Assembly (NCBI GenBank): GCA_963764165.1
Contig: CAVXRD010000002.1
Location: 2,016,001 to 2,080,000 of the forward strand
DNA length: 64,000 nucleotides
Direction of reading: 5' to 3'
Source: an uncultured Verrucomicrobiae bacterium
Lineage (GTDB): Bacteria; Verrucomicrobiota; Verrucomicrobiia; Limisphaerales; Palsa-1400
Shown: positions 32,801-42,630 of the stretch, piece by piece
Layout of the letters: each line of letters starts with the position of its first letter
How positions within the stretch are numbered: position 1 is the first letter of the stretch
The notes under the pieces: model-generated
The model's database searches: none
What the model was told of the DNA's origin: nothing
What the model saw: the letters and a program-made list of their open reading frames with translations, nothing else
Translations under genes and position numbers: made by a program

Positions 32801-33900
32801 AACAGCTTCGGCTGATGGCCGACTCCATTCCCCATCTCGCCTGGATGGCAGACCCGGATGGAAACATGTTTTGGTACAACCGCCGCTGGTACGAATACAC
32901 CGGAACCTCGCCGGAAGCGATGATAGGGTGGGGATGGCAATCAGTCCATGACCCGCAAATGCTGCCCCTGGTCATTGAGCAATGGAAAGAATCCCTCAGA
33001 ACGGGCAAGCCTTTCGAGATGGAATATCCATTGCGCGGAGGCGACGGCAGATTCCAATGGTTCCTCACCCGAATCAACCCGCTGCTGGATGGGCAAGGTC
33101 GCGTGACGCGCTGGTTTGGAACCAACACCAATGTGGATGAAGTCCGGCGGATACGCGAGACCCTGGTCGAAGTCAACGCCGCCCTTGACCGCAGGATCCA
33201 TGAGCGGACCGCGTCGTTGGAATCCGCAGTGGAGCAGATGGAAGAATTCTCATACACCGTCTCGCATGACTTGCGGGCTCCTTTGAGAGCGATGCATGCC
33301 TACGCCAAGGCATTGCTCGAAGACTTTGGAACCAAGTTGGAACCTGCGGCGAAGATGTATGCCGAGCGCATCATGCGCAACAGCCATCGAATGGAGAAAC
33401 TCACGCATGAAGTTCTCACCTACAGCCGCATTGCGCGAGCGGACATGCCTCTGACCACGGTGGATTTGAGCAAGTTGCTGGCAGACCTCATTACGCATTA
33501 TCAGGAATTCCAGGCGCCCGCCGCGCAGGTGGAAATTCAAGAGCCCCTTCCGGCGGTTTTGGCTCACGAAACTTCGTTGGGCCAATGCATAACCAACCTC
33601 CTTCACAACGCGGTTAAATTTGTGCGCCCGGGAATAATTCCTGTCGTTCGCATCCACGCCGAACATGTTGGAGAGGATGTTCGAATTTGGATTGAGGATA
33701 ACGGCATCGGCATCAAACCCGAGCATCAGCAGAATATTTTCAAGCTCTTTGAGCGCGCGCACGGCGAGGGCCAATACTCGGGCACGGGCATTGGACTCGC
33801 CATTGTAAGGAAAGCCGTGGAAAGAATGAGGGGCAGCGCGGGGGTTTTCTCCGATGGCGTCAATGGCAGCCGTTTCTGGCTCCGGTTACCTAAAGCATGA
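29821..33900 (+). CDS. CheB-CheR-PAS sensor histidine kinase fusion
   Basis: GASAGG (CheB), WVPGCASGEEAYS (CheR), coiled coil with ELQSANEE repeats, several PAS domains, H-box SHDLRAPL, G-box GTGIGL. The start codon is uncertain. Confidence 0.93.
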   Translation: MLWFDNRVSREAESIVAPCSAPASCTVVALGASAGGLEAFGQFFEHMPADSGGCFVLLQHLDPNHATLMPDLLARHTSMRVLRAQDGQKVKANHVFVIAPNSILRLSNGSLQVDSLPAGGDAKVIDIFFRSAAESQEHDLVGIILSGTGTDGTAGLKAIKERGGLTLVQNPETAKFDGMPRSALSSGIADLVLKVEEMPTRVLEYLKHMEATRQKKRPEAVQSEIVECLPQILPLLRTRTGHDFSRYKQSTLVRRIHRRMQVLYLNSASQYCDDLTKNSEEVDALFKDLLIGVTQFFRDPESFEFLATSVIPDLFREKKDEGQVRIWVPGCASGEEAYSIAILLAEYAEKLEKKPKIQIFATDLDVEALDFARKAKYPAEIAEHVSPARLKAFFKKVGNSYELIDSVRELCIFSPHNLIKDPPFSRIDAISCRNVLIYLEADLQKKLLPLFHYALNPSGYLFLGPSENIASRSEHFRVADQRHRVFQRKPMVLHMAAGVSLIDPGQVTKLQAVAPSAAAVVAREPNMARAIERVIVEEYAPASVIINELGEVVYFAGDTGKFLKPPAGSPTTKLVALARDNIRLEVRTLVHRAISTGKEAVRKNLRIKSGRKTLQIDLIVRPLTEVGPDSGLFIVLFRELVPSSAGTDAAQDLTSHEHPVFKQLENELRTTREDLQTTIEELETSNEELKSANEELLSMNEELQSANEELQTSKEEVQSANDELQRKIEESEHANIELRRAHQERAEYAAIVENSDDAIIGKTLDGIVTSWNGAAERIFGYTAGEMVGQSILRIIPPERHEEETRILQKLRRGERVAHYETQRVAKSGRLIQVSLTSSPIRDPQGFVVGASKVARDITDQTAASRASMLLAAVVDSSDDAIISKRLDGIITSWNGAAERLFGYSAQEMIGQPITRLFPTDRLEEETKIISQIARGERVNHFETVRKTKDGRLINLSLTISPVKDGDGRIVGASKIARDITEHKRIEEQLQRSEEQLRLMADSIPHLAWMADPDGNMFWYNRRWYEYTGTSPEAMIGWGWQSVHDPQMLPLVIEQWKESLRTGKPFEMEYPLRGGDGRFQWFLTRINPLLDGQGRVTRWFGTNTNVDEVRRIRETLVEVNAALDRRIHERTASLESAVEQMEEFSYTVSHDLRAPLRAMHAYAKALLEDFGTKLEPAAKMYAERIMRNSHRMEKLTHEVLTYSRIARADMPLTTVDLSKLLADLITHYQEFQAPAAQVEIQEPLPAVLAHETSLGQCITNLLHNAVKFVRPGIIPVVRIHAEHVGEDVRIWIEDNGIGIKPEHQQNIFKLFERAHGEGQYSGTGIGLAIVRKAVERMRGSAGVFSDGVNGSRFWLRLPKA

Positions 33901-34364
33901 AGACGGATTTCAATTCGCAAACGATACTTCTGGTTGAAGATAACGAAGACGACGTGTTTATCTTTAACCGGGCGATAAAACAGGCCTCTATTCCAAATCC
34001 CGTCCAGGCCGTCAACGACGGGGACAGCGCGATCGCCTATTTGAAAGGCGCGGAAAATTTTTCGGATCGGACCCTGTTCCCGCTTCCTTTTCTTATACTG
34101 TTGGATTTGAAAATGCCGGGGGTGGGTGGCATGGATGTCCTGAAATGGATTCGCGAGCAGCCACATCTGGAGATGGTATCTGTGATAGTGCTGACGTCTT
34201 CAGCGGAACACCGTGACATTGCGCGCGCATATCAGCTTGGAGCCCGGTCTTATCTGGTTAAGCCGCCCACAGCGGCACTTTTGACCGAAATAGTGAATGC
34301 GCTGCGCCTCTCCGAGACGTCCTCGAAAGAACGACTTAGGATTTCCGTCGAACAGTTCCCATGA
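33897..34364 (+). CDS. Single-domain response regulator
   Basis: ILLVEDNEDD, LLDLKMP, YLVKP. Overlaps the kinase stop codon (ATGA). Confidence 0.93.
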   Translation: MKTDFNSQTILLVEDNEDDVFIFNRAIKQASIPNPVQAVNDGDSAIAYLKGAENFSDRTLFPLPFLILLDLKMPGVGGMDVLKWIREQPHLEMVSVIVLTSSAEHRDIARAYQLGARSYLVKPPTAALLTEIVNALRLSETSSKERLRISVEQFP

Positions 34365-34539
34365 ATTCAAAAGGAGCGATTCATTGAAGAAATATTGCGA
34401 AAAATGAATCTGGAACTCACGAAATCAGAATGGGCCAGACGCAGAAGCCAAATCGCGCCAGATACAGGCGAGTAATGGCTGCGAGTCAAATGCCTATTCC
34501 ACTATTGCCATTCCGCCAACGGACTGGCATAAAGCTGCC

Positions 34540-34935
34540 ATGTCGCCCACGCGTCGCTGCGTTGCTATCGTCGTTTCCGCGCTCTGCGGAACTGTGACAG
34601 GGTGTGGCAGCCTTCCAAAATTTCAAATTGCCATTGACTCAGATCCGCAGGGTGCAAGGGTTGAGGTCAATAATGATTACGTGGGAAAAACACCCACAAC
34701 CTACACGATCGCTGGCAACTCGGATCGCTCGTTTAATGGAAACTGGGTCCAGGGCTCCATGATTGAATTCGTGGCCACGCCCCCTGCGGGAACCAATCTA
34801 TATGTGCAGCGAAAACTCTTCCGGCCCAGCGCCTTTATGCAACAAGGCGACCACATTCCCCAGAAGATGTTTTTCGATATGCACGTGAAAACTGAACATC
34901 TCAACATCGGCGAAAGCCTGCAAATCGAACGTTGA
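34540..34935 (+). CDS. PEGA-domain putative lipoprotein
   Basis: VTGC lipobox-like sequence and IDSDPQGARVEVNNDYVGKTP PEGA motif. Confidence 0.75.
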   Translation: MSPTRRCVAIVVSALCGTVTGCGSLPKFQIAIDSDPQGARVEVNNDYVGKTPTTYTIAGNSDRSFNGNWVQGSMIEFVATPPAGTNLYVQRKLFRPSAFMQQGDHIPQKMFFDMHVKTEHLNIGESLQIER

Positions 34936-34940
34936 TACAA

Positions 34941-35267
34941 ATGAAAAGATACCTGCTCCCCATTGCGTGTGCCATTATTTTGTGCGTTTTTTTAGCACCT
35001 GGAGGCAAGGCTGCGGATCCAATCAAACAGCAAACCGCCGAATATGCCACTATCAGATGGTCTGGCCGTGACAACACCCACGTTATCCGCCCAGGTGGAA
35101 AAGTTGAATTTGTCGGCCCCCAGCTTCTCCAGGTGAAAAGGCCCGAACGCGTGGATGATCGATCCTTCTATATGAATATCATCATGAACGCTATGGCGAA
35201 CGAGGGTTACGAGTTTGCTGGAATCTCTGGCGATGACGTCATTATGAGGAGATCAGTTCACCAGTAA
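34941..35267 (+). CDS. Secreted hypothetical protein
   Basis: Signal peptide MKRYLLPIACAII...; 108 aa. Confidence 0.65.
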   Translation: MKRYLLPIACAIILCVFLAPGGKAADPIKQQTAEYATIRWSGRDNTHVIRPGGKVEFVGPQLLQVKRPERVDDRSFYMNIIMNAMANEGYEFAGISGDDVIMRRSVHQ

Positions 35268-35340
35268 CCGCTCGGATTGCCTCAACGACAATTTGGCCAT
35301 CGGTCGCGCATAAAGAAATGGTCACATGGTCAGACCCGCG

Positions 35341-35482
35341 GTCTAAACCCTTTAACGGCTGTCAGGGGGCTTCCTTGGGCTTTGCGGGCGGTTCCGATTT
35401 GCCACTTTTGTCAAGAATAATGACGGGCGCGATGGATTGCAGTTCGTTGTCCATCGTTAAGGCGTCGCCCGCCGCCGCGAGC
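35341..35482 (-). repeat. Diverged duplicate of the 3' end of the M16 peptidase gene (direct repeat with ~38495-38636)
   Basis: Shared blocks include ACCCTTTAACGGCTGTCAGG and TTTGCCACTTTTGTCAAGAATAATGACGGGCGCGATGGATTGCAG. Encodes ...LQSIAPVIILDKSGKSEPPAKPKEAP*. Confidence 0.9.
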
Positions 35483-35621
35483 GAAAAATCTCAATCCTTA
35501 GTCCCTTCCTCTCAGTCCTAGCGCAACGTTAACTCTGGAGCGCCGTTAATATTTCTATTGTCACTTTGTCGCGATCACATATTAATCGCACTGTGAGATT
35601 CTGCGAGACTGGCATGAAGAA

Positions 35622-36332
35622 ATGAAGAACACACTGCGGTTCGCGTTTGGTGTTTGCATTGCTGCGAGTCTGATAGCGGTCGCCGCCGCACTGCATCTTT
35701 GGGGCGCGGCAGTAATAAGAGCCAACCCGGGCGAACTTTTCTTTCTTACCTTTGCGGCCGCAGTCTGGCTTTTGCTGGCGACCAAACTGTTTCCATGGCT
35801 CGGTTTGAGTTTTCATGACGACGTCATCGAGCGAAACAATGTTGCCGCCCTCATCGCCCTTTGTGGCGCTCTGGTCGCGTTGGCACTCATCTATGCCGGT
35901 GGCAGCATTGGCGAGGGGCCCTCGTATTTGAACAATGTGTTCTCCGCCGGACTTGGAACGGTGGGTTTGCTTGTGCTTTGGACTCTGCTTGAGCTCTGTG
36001 CGAAGGTTTCTGTGTCCATTACGGAGGAGCGTGACCTTGCTTCGGGTCTGAGGCTGGCAGGTTTGCTTTTTGCGACCGGGCTAATTCTTGGAAGAGCTGT
36101 GGCGGGAGATTGGCATTCCGAAGAGGCGACCATCCGGGATTTCGTGCATGATGGTTGGCCGGTGATTATTTTATGGGGAATGGCTTTATTAATCGAACGG
36201 TTCGCTCAGCCAAACCGCCGTTGTCCAATTCCGCCGTGGCCGAGTTTCGGTTTGATCCCGGCTTTATTATTTCTAACAGCGGCGGGTGCCTGGCTTCTTC
36301 ACCTTGGCGCCTGGGAAGGAATGCCTAAATGA
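35622..36332 (+). CDS. Integral membrane protein with two DUF350-like repeats
   Basis: About 7 TM helices, with repeated DDVIERNNVAALI and VSITEERDLASGL motifs of the DUF350 type. Confidence 0.7.
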   Translation: MKNTLRFAFGVCIAASLIAVAAALHLWGAAVIRANPGELFFLTFAAAVWLLLATKLFPWLGLSFHDDVIERNNVAALIALCGALVALALIYAGGSIGEGPSYLNNVFSAGLGTVGLLVLWTLLELCAKVSVSITEERDLASGLRLAGLLFATGLILGRAVAGDWHSEEATIRDFVHDGWPVIILWGMALLIERFAQPNRRCPIPPWPSFGLIPALLFLTAAGAWLLHLGAWEGMPK

Positions 36333-37603
36333 CAACTTTTTTCCCGACACGACCGACGGCATCGGAGATCCCACTCCGACCTGTTGAGCCCGCTCACGAC
36401 TTGAGAGCCGAAAAGGCGATTAGTGCGAACGAGTTTGCAATTCTCCGCCGACACGCTTTGCTCGATGGTTGCAAATGGGACCCACAGGTCGGCGATATCG
36501 ACACTTTGTCGCCATTTCCCCTGGTAATGAAATCAAGCGTCTGGAGAAAGTTAGCCTCTCAGGCCGAGCAGCTAACTGCAGAAGCGATCTCCGCGGAGGA
36601 AGAGGTTTCGCAACGGCCGGAATTGCTCGGATGTTTGGGCTTCCCGATTCCGTTGCGCAAAGTTTTGGCGGAAAGAACTCCTCTGACTCCCGCGGCAGGA
36701 CGAGTCATTCGATTTGACTTTCACTACACTGCGGATGGCTGGCGCATTTCAGAAGCAAATAGCGATGTGCCAGGCGGATTCAGCGAAGCTTCTTGCTTTA
36801 CTGAACTGATGGCGCAGCATTTTCCCAACCTCCGGCCCGCGGGGAATCCGGGCGAGATTTGGAGCGAGGCGCTTGTTGGTGCGGTCGGGTTTCCTGGTGC
36901 GGTAGCGCTCTTGTCTAGCCCCGGTTACATGGAGGACCATCAGGTCATTGCATTTCTCGCCGCGCAACTGCGTAAACGCGGATGCCTCACTTACCTGGCT
37001 AAACCCGAACAAATACGCTGGCGCGATGGCATGGCGTATCTCGATGCATGGCATCAAGGTCCGCTGGCCGTCATTTTGAAGTTCTATCAGGCAGAGTGGC
37101 TCTCTCGATTGCCGGAAGAAAGCGGTTGCCGGAACTTGTTTCGCGGGGGGAAGACACCGGTAGCAAATCCCGCCCTGGCGGTCATTTCGGAAAGCAAGCG
37201 CTTTCCGCTGATCTGGGACAAGCTCTCAACTCGATTGCCCCTGTGGCAATCGCTATTGCCAGAAACGCGTGACCCTCGGGAGGCGCCGTGGTCACGGGAT
37301 GACGGTTGGCTTGTAAAAACCGCAATGTGCAACACTGGTGATACAGTGAGCATTCGTGAATTGATGTCGCCAGCAGGATGGCTGCGGACTCGGCTAGCAG
37401 TGCTGCTCTCGCCAAGCCATTGGATGGCGCAACGGCGCTTCGAATCCGTCTCCATTGGCACTCCTGCCGGGCCTCGGCACGTGTGTGTGGGCATATACAC
37501 AGTCAATGGGCGCGCGGCGGGTGCTTATGCCCGGTTATCAAAGAAACCTGTGATTGATTTTTCAGCCGCTGATGCAGCGTTGCTCCTCGAAGGCGATGAC
37601 TAA
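36329..37603 (+). CDS. Glutathionylspermidine-synthase-like ATP-grasp ligase
   Basis: RFDFHY, ISEANSDVPGGFSEA (E-x-N-x-D), KFYQAEWL, ESKR...IW, LLPET. No amidase domain. Confidence 0.85.
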   Translation: MTTFFPTRPTASEIPLRPVEPAHDLRAEKAISANEFAILRRHALLDGCKWDPQVGDIDTLSPFPLVMKSSVWRKLASQAEQLTAEAISAEEEVSQRPELLGCLGFPIPLRKVLAERTPLTPAAGRVIRFDFHYTADGWRISEANSDVPGGFSEASCFTELMAQHFPNLRPAGNPGEIWSEALVGAVGFPGAVALLSSPGYMEDHQVIAFLAAQLRKRGCLTYLAKPEQIRWRDGMAYLDAWHQGPLAVILKFYQAEWLSRLPEESGCRNLFRGGKTPVANPALAVISESKRFPLIWDKLSTRLPLWQSLLPETRDPREAPWSRDDGWLVKTAMCNTGDTVSIRELMSPAGWLRTRLAVLLSPSHWMAQRRFESVSIGTPAGPRHVCVGIYTVNGRAAGAYARLSKKPVIDFSAADAALLLEGDD

Positions 37604-38381
37604 AGAGGAAATATTCGCAATTTGGGCGCCGGAAGACTCGGCCTGGTCACGCTGGGCGAAGCCAGTTTTATTCGCGTACGTCGACTCGGCTTTGTCAAAT
37701 AATCCGATGACCGAAACCGCGGGAGATGTCACTTGGGCGCCGCCTGCCAGCGACAACGTAGCGTTAGTGCTCGACCTACCCTGCCAGCAAGGCGCCTTGA
37801 CCGGAGTTGCGCTCGCGGCCAGCGGTTACCGGCCGGTTCCGCTGTATAACGCATTGCCTTCCCCATATGGCAAGCCTCCGCTAAATCCACTGGCTGGATG
37901 CGATATGATCGCAGTAAACGTGCTCCCGATTCTCAGCGCTCTCAGATTTGGCGCGGAGGAACTCTCCAAATTGAAAATCCCGGCGGGCGCGCCCCCTGTT
38001 TTCCTGCTGGATTGTAATCGGGCCGGCACTGGTCGGCGCCTGCAACCGCATGAGTTTGATAATCGCTCTATCTCGTTTACCACGGATTTCCCTTCGGCAA
38101 ATTTCATGGCTTTTCACGGAATCCAGCGAGCGATTCTGGTTCAGGGTAACAGAGAAGTGCCGCATTCAGACGTGGCTCACACGCTGCGCCGCTGGCAGGA
38201 CGCCGGAATTGTCCTTGAACGCAAGAGACTAGATTTTCCCGGCCCGCCGGAAATTTTTGAGGTCGCCAAACCCTCGTGGTATGGGGCGATGTTTCAAAGG
38301 GCGCTTGCATCGGTAGGTCTTCGTCGGGCCTGGACCGGAGGGTTCGGAGCGTGGATGCCGGATTCGTCAGCCGGCGGTTAA
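37596..38381 (+). CDS. Hypothetical protein, third gene of the cassette
   Basis: Start overlaps the upstream stop. Motifs GYRPVPLYNA, PVFLLD, FDNRSISFTTDFPSA. Confidence 0.8.
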   Translation: MTKEEIFAIWAPEDSAWSRWAKPVLFAYVDSALSNNPMTETAGDVTWAPPASDNVALVLDLPCQQGALTGVALAASGYRPVPLYNALPSPYGKPPLNPLAGCDMIAVNVLPILSALRFGAEELSKLKIPAGAPPVFLLDCNRAGTGRRLQPHEFDNRSISFTTDFPSANFMAFHGIQRAILVQGNREVPHSDVAHTLRRWQDAGIVLERKRLDFPGPPEIFEVAKPSWYGAMFQRALASVGLRRAWTGGFGAWMPDSSAGG

Positions 38382-38505
38382 CACTTCTGTCAAATCTCCG
38401 GGCCTTGTCGGCCGGGCAGCCAAGACCGCCGTCCGCAAAACCGCATAGCCGGGTGCAGCTCCCGGACAGGATTTCAAAATACGCCATGATGCTGGTCTGA
38501 ACCCT

Positions 38506-41370
38506 TTAACGGCTGTCAGGCGCTTCCTTGGGCTTTGCGGGCGGTTTCGGTTTGCCACTTTTGTCAAGAATAATGACGGGCGCGATGGATTGCAGGTCGT
38601 TGGCGATCTTTGACGCGTCTCCCACCACCACGATCAGCAGCTGGTTTGCGTCAACATAACGGTGGATGAGCGCCTGGCACGCCGCGGCATCGGAGCCGGC
38701 GATGATTTTGAAAGTGCGCTGCATGTTGTCGAGCGGCAGGCCCGAAAGCACGTCCCTCTCAATTTCCCCGGCTTCCTGCTCCGAGGTTTCGAGGCGCGCC
38801 GCCGCGCTGCCGAGAAAGTAGCGCTGCGATTGCGCCAACTCCGCCTTGTCGGGCGGTCGGTTGGTCAATTCTTGAATCTGCGCCAGCACCATCCGCAGCG
38901 TGTCCGCGGTGGACGGCGTTTTGGTGAATGTGTGGACGACAAAGGAACCGGCGAGCCGGCCCGCGTTGAATCCGCCTTGCGCGCCGTAGGTGCCGCCGTT
39001 GGCCACGCGGATGGCTTTGTTGAGCCGCCCGCCAAACGAACCGCCGAAGTATTCGCCCACCAATTTCGCCACAGGCAAATTCGTGTCTGTCGCGGTCATG
39101 CCGGGGCAGCCGGCGCGGATTTCCGATTGTCCCGCGCCCGGCCAATCGACGAGCAGAATGCGCGTGCCTTCGGAATATTTCGGCGGCGGCGCAACGGTAA
39201 TTTCGCTTTCATCTTGACTCTTCCACGCGCTGAAAAACTTTTCGCTTAGGGCAATGGCTTTTTCTTCCGGCAAGTCGCCGGTGATGATGAGCGCGGCGCT
39301 TTCGGGTCGGGCGACGCGCTTCCAATGCGCTACCAAATCGTCGCGGCGCAGCGCAGCGACGTCCGCCGCATCGCCAGAAACCTCCCGCCCATACGCGTGG
39401 CCGGGATAGAGGTAATGGCGAAACTCGCGACCGACCACCGAAGCCGGTGTGCTGTCGGACACCGCAAGGCCGGTTGCGGTCTGAGTCACCGCAGTTTTAA
39501 AGGCATCTTCCGGGAAGGTTGGCGTCGTGGCGGCTTCGGCTAGCAGGGACATCGCGCGTTCGGCGTTTTCATTCAAGCAGCGCGCCGTCAAGCTGGAATC
39601 ATCCACATCGGCAGACCCGCTCATTTCAATCGCATAACGACCCAATTCCTCGGTCATCGATTTTTCGTCATGCTTCGCGGTGCCTTTGGTGAGCAGGGCC
39701 ATCGTCATTGAGGCCGCGCCGTTTTTCGTCTCGACGCAGGAGCCGAATGGCAGCGCGAGGATGATGTTGACCGCGGGCGTGTTCGTTCGCGGGGCAATCA
39801 ACACGCGCAACCCGTTGGCCAATCGATGTTCGCGCACATCGGGAGTGGGCATGGGAGAATTGCCTTCCGCAACGGGCGCATGCAACGGCAAATCCGCCGG
39901 ACGCACCACACCCGGGCGCCCACGCAAAACGATATTCGTGTCAAATGAAACGGGTGCGATATCGTCCGTTTTTTTCGGCGCGCCGAGAAGCATTTTTCCA
40001 AGCTGGTCGAGCAGCCCTGAGGACGGCACGTTGACGGTCAAGGCGCGCTGCGGATCGAGATACGTGTTGACAGCCTTTTGCAAATCCTCGCGCGTGAGAT
40101 GCCGCAGGCGATCGAGGCGCGCGTTCAATTCATCAAGCCCCGCGCCCTTGACCGCCGCCTGGCCGATGAGCGCGGCTTTGCCTTCGTCGGTTTCCGCGCC
40201 AATGACCAGTTCATTCACGGCCTGATTGCGCGCCTTTTCCAATTCCTCCGCCGTCACCCCGTCCTTGCGCAACCGTTCCAATTCGCCTTGAATGGCGGCC
40301 TTCGCTTTGGCCGCATCGCCGCCGAGCGGAGATTGCACGGCGGCGGCCGCAAAAATGCCGCCGCGCTCCAAACCGAAAGGAACCGCCATTGCTTCCACTG
40401 CCAGCTTGTCGTCGTTGACAAGTTTGCGATGGAGGCGCGAACTTTCGCCGCCGCCAAGAATGGTTCCCGCAAGCTCGAGCGGCAGTGAATCGGGGTTTCC
40501 TTCGGGAACGGTGCGCCACACGAACGCGCTGAGAGGAGCGGGCGCGTTTTGCGATTTGAGCGTGACGGATTTCGCGGCTTCATATGGCGCTGCATTCGTG
40601 ATGTGGCGTTCCGCTTGCGGCACCGGCGGAATCCAGCCGAAGTATTTTTCCGCGAGCGTTTGCACATTGGCCGCCTGCACGTCGCCGACGACCACCAGTG
40701 TGGCATTGTTCGGCACATACCAGCGCTTCCACCATTCGTGGACGTCCGCTGGCGTGGCGAGGCGCAGATCGTGAATGCTCCCCGCCGGAGAATGCGCGTA
40801 GACACCGTTTCCAAAAATCGCAGCCAGACCAGGCGCCTGGAGATCACCGTATGGATTGTTCAGATACATGCGCAATTCCTCCTCGACGACTTTGCGCTCG
40901 GTGTTGAAGCCGGTGGCATCCACGGTCAGAAAGCCCATGCGCTCCGATTCGAGCCAGAGGGCCAGCTCCAACTGCTGCGCTGGAAGCGAATTCTCATAAA
41001 CGGTGGTGTCAAATTCCGTGTGCGCGTTGCAATGGCCGCCGACACTTTGAATGAGATCGAAGTGATCCGTTGGCCCCAGCCGATCCGTGCCGCGGAACAT
41101 CAAGTGCTCGAAAAGGTGCGCGAAACCCTGCTTGAGTTCCGGTTCGTCCGCGCTGCCCACATGGTACCAGACCTGCACCGCGACAATCGGGCAATGATGA
41201 TCTTCCAGCGTCAGGATGCGCAGCCCGTTGGTCAGGCGTGTTTCCACGACCGGGAAAAGCTTTGCCTCGTCGGCGAGCGCCTCAATCGTTGTCAAACATA
41301 CCCAAAGAAAAAGAGAACGCAGGCAAAGACGGAGACCGACGGTGGGGATCAATTTGCAGATTATGTTCAT
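38506..41370 (-). CDS. M16 family zinc peptidase (pitrilysin-like)
   Basis: Inverted zinc motif HLFEH in AHLFEHLMFRG, two M16 halves, signal peptide. Confidence 0.95.
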   Translation of the reverse strand: MNIICKLIPTVGLRLCLRSLFLWVCLTTIEALADEAKLFPVVETRLTNGLRILTLEDHHCPIVAVQVWYHVGSADEPELKQGFAHLFEHLMFRGTDRLGPTDHFDLIQSVGGHCNAHTEFDTTVYENSLPAQQLELALWLESERMGFLTVDATGFNTERKVVEEELRMYLNNPYGDLQAPGLAAIFGNGVYAHSPAGSIHDLRLATPADVHEWWKRWYVPNNATLVVVGDVQAANVQTLAEKYFGWIPPVPQAERHITNAAPYEAAKSVTLKSQNAPAPLSAFVWRTVPEGNPDSLPLELAGTILGGGESSRLHRKLVNDDKLAVEAMAVPFGLERGGIFAAAAVQSPLGGDAAKAKAAIQGELERLRKDGVTAEELEKARNQAVNELVIGAETDEGKAALIGQAAVKGAGLDELNARLDRLRHLTREDLQKAVNTYLDPQRALTVNVPSSGLLDQLGKMLLGAPKKTDDIAPVSFDTNIVLRGRPGVVRPADLPLHAPVAEGNSPMPTPDVREHRLANGLRVLIAPRTNTPAVNIILALPFGSCVETKNGAASMTMALLTKGTAKHDEKSMTEELGRYAIEMSGSADVDDSSLTARCLNENAERAMSLLAEAATTPTFPEDAFKTAVTQTATGLAVSDSTPASVVGREFRHYLYPGHAYGREVSGDAADVAALRRDDLVAHWKRVARPESAALIITGDLPEEKAIALSEKFFSAWKSQDESEITVAPPPKYSEGTRILLVDWPGAGQSEIRAGCPGMTATDTNLPVAKLVGEYFGGSFGGRLNKAIRVANGGTYGAQGGFNAGRLAGSFVVHTFTKTPSTADTLRMVLAQIQELTNRPPDKAELAQSQRYFLGSAAARLETSEQEAGEIERDVLSGLPLDNMQRTFKIIAGSDAAACQALIHRYVDANQLLIVVVGDASKIANDLQSIAPVIILDKSGKPKPPAKPKEAPDSR

Positions 41371-41675
41371 GGAGCGTGGAAATTAGAATCAATAGCTACG
41401 TTTTATTCAGTGAACGCCTAAGCCTTCAGCAAAGAAGAATGTAGTGCCAAACAGGTTCGGACGCATCTCATTTCTGATTTGGGCTTAGTGGGCGGTGTTG
41501 GAGAAACTTCTTCATGTCCTTTGCGGCCTTGCTGCAAAACTCTCATGCATCCTCTCTTTTGCCTTGTCAAAGACAAGGCCAACCGGCATATAAATGCCCC
41601 GTTGAAGCGCATGGGCATGGCCGGACGGCATATGCGGTCATCGTGCATCGAATAACATTGTCTGTTAAGAATTCT

Positions 41676-42095
41676 ATGAAATTAAATTGTCTCGCTTGGC
41701 TTGCTGTTATGGTTCTGGCGGTCGGATGCGCCATACCCACCTTTGTCAAGACGACCGATCCCGCATGGGCCACGATTGATATCCGCGACGATCTTGAATA
41801 CAGCAGCGCTTGGAACGACGTCGTCGACACCCTCGTAAAAAAGTTTGACATGGAAATCCTGCAAAAGGACGACGGCTACGCGCGCACGGCATGGTACTAT
41901 TCCTGGACGGGCAAGGTGAGTGAGAACTACCGGGTGCGGGTGACTGTAAAGTTCGCGCCTGACCATAAAAAGGTCGAGATCAAGTCAGAGGCCGAATATG
42001 GCGGTGCAGGCAAATGGGTCGGCGGTTACGACACCCGGTTGCTCGAAACCATCAAAACGGACATCATGGGCAAAGTCGGACGCACCACCCGCTAA
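41676..42095 (+). CDS. Putative lipoprotein
   Basis: Lipobox LAVGC; paralog of the next gene. Confidence 0.8.
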   Translation: MKLNCLAWLAVMVLAVGCAIPTFVKTTDPAWATIDIRDDLEYSSAWNDVVDTLVKKFDMEILQKDDGYARTAWYYSWTGKVSENYRVRVTVKFAPDHKKVEIKSEAEYGGAGKWVGGYDTRLLETIKTDIMGKVGRTTR

Positions 42096-42106
42096 CCGGA
42101 GGACTT

Positions 42107-42541
42107 ATGAAACGATTTTTTTTGACCGCAATGGCGTTTATGCTCGTGCTAGCGCCCCTGGGCGGCTCGGCGGGGCAGCCGAAATCATTTGTCAAAGAAA
42201 TGGCATCTCCGTGGCAGGTGTTCGAGTTGCGGGCCGATATTGATTTTCCGCATGCCTGGGATGATGTCTTTGCGCTTCTGGTCAACGACTTCGATATCGC
42301 GGTGGCGCTCAAAGAGGATGGCTATGTCCGCACCGACTGGAACTATTACTACGGCGGCAACTACAATTTCCAATATCGCGTGCGCGTGACAGTGCTATTT
42401 ACGCCGGATAGGAAAACGATGAAAACCAGGGTGGACGCCCAGTTCAAGGATGGAGACAACTGGATTCTCGGGGTTGACTCCCGGCTGCTGGCAACGCTCA
42501 AGACCGACATCATGGGAACCATCGGCCGCACGACTCGTTAA
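42107..42541 (+). CDS. Secreted paralog of the upstream lipoprotein
   Basis: Shared K[DE]DGY.RT.W, YRVRVTV.F.PD and KTDIMG..GRTTR motifs. RBS GGAGG. Confidence 0.8.
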   Translation: MKRFFLTAMAFMLVLAPLGGSAGQPKSFVKEMASPWQVFELRADIDFPHAWDDVFALLVNDFDIAVALKEDGYVRTDWNYYYGGNYNFQYRVRVTVLFTPDRKTMKTRVDAQFKDGDNWILGVDSRLLATLKTDIMGTIGRTTR

Positions 42542-42630
42542 GCGGACGGGTGATCAAACTCGCCAGGTTCGCCAGGTCGCCAGTTGCGGCGTGGGTTGCT
42601 TACGCGAGCCTTTTTAGTTATTTTGGTTCA

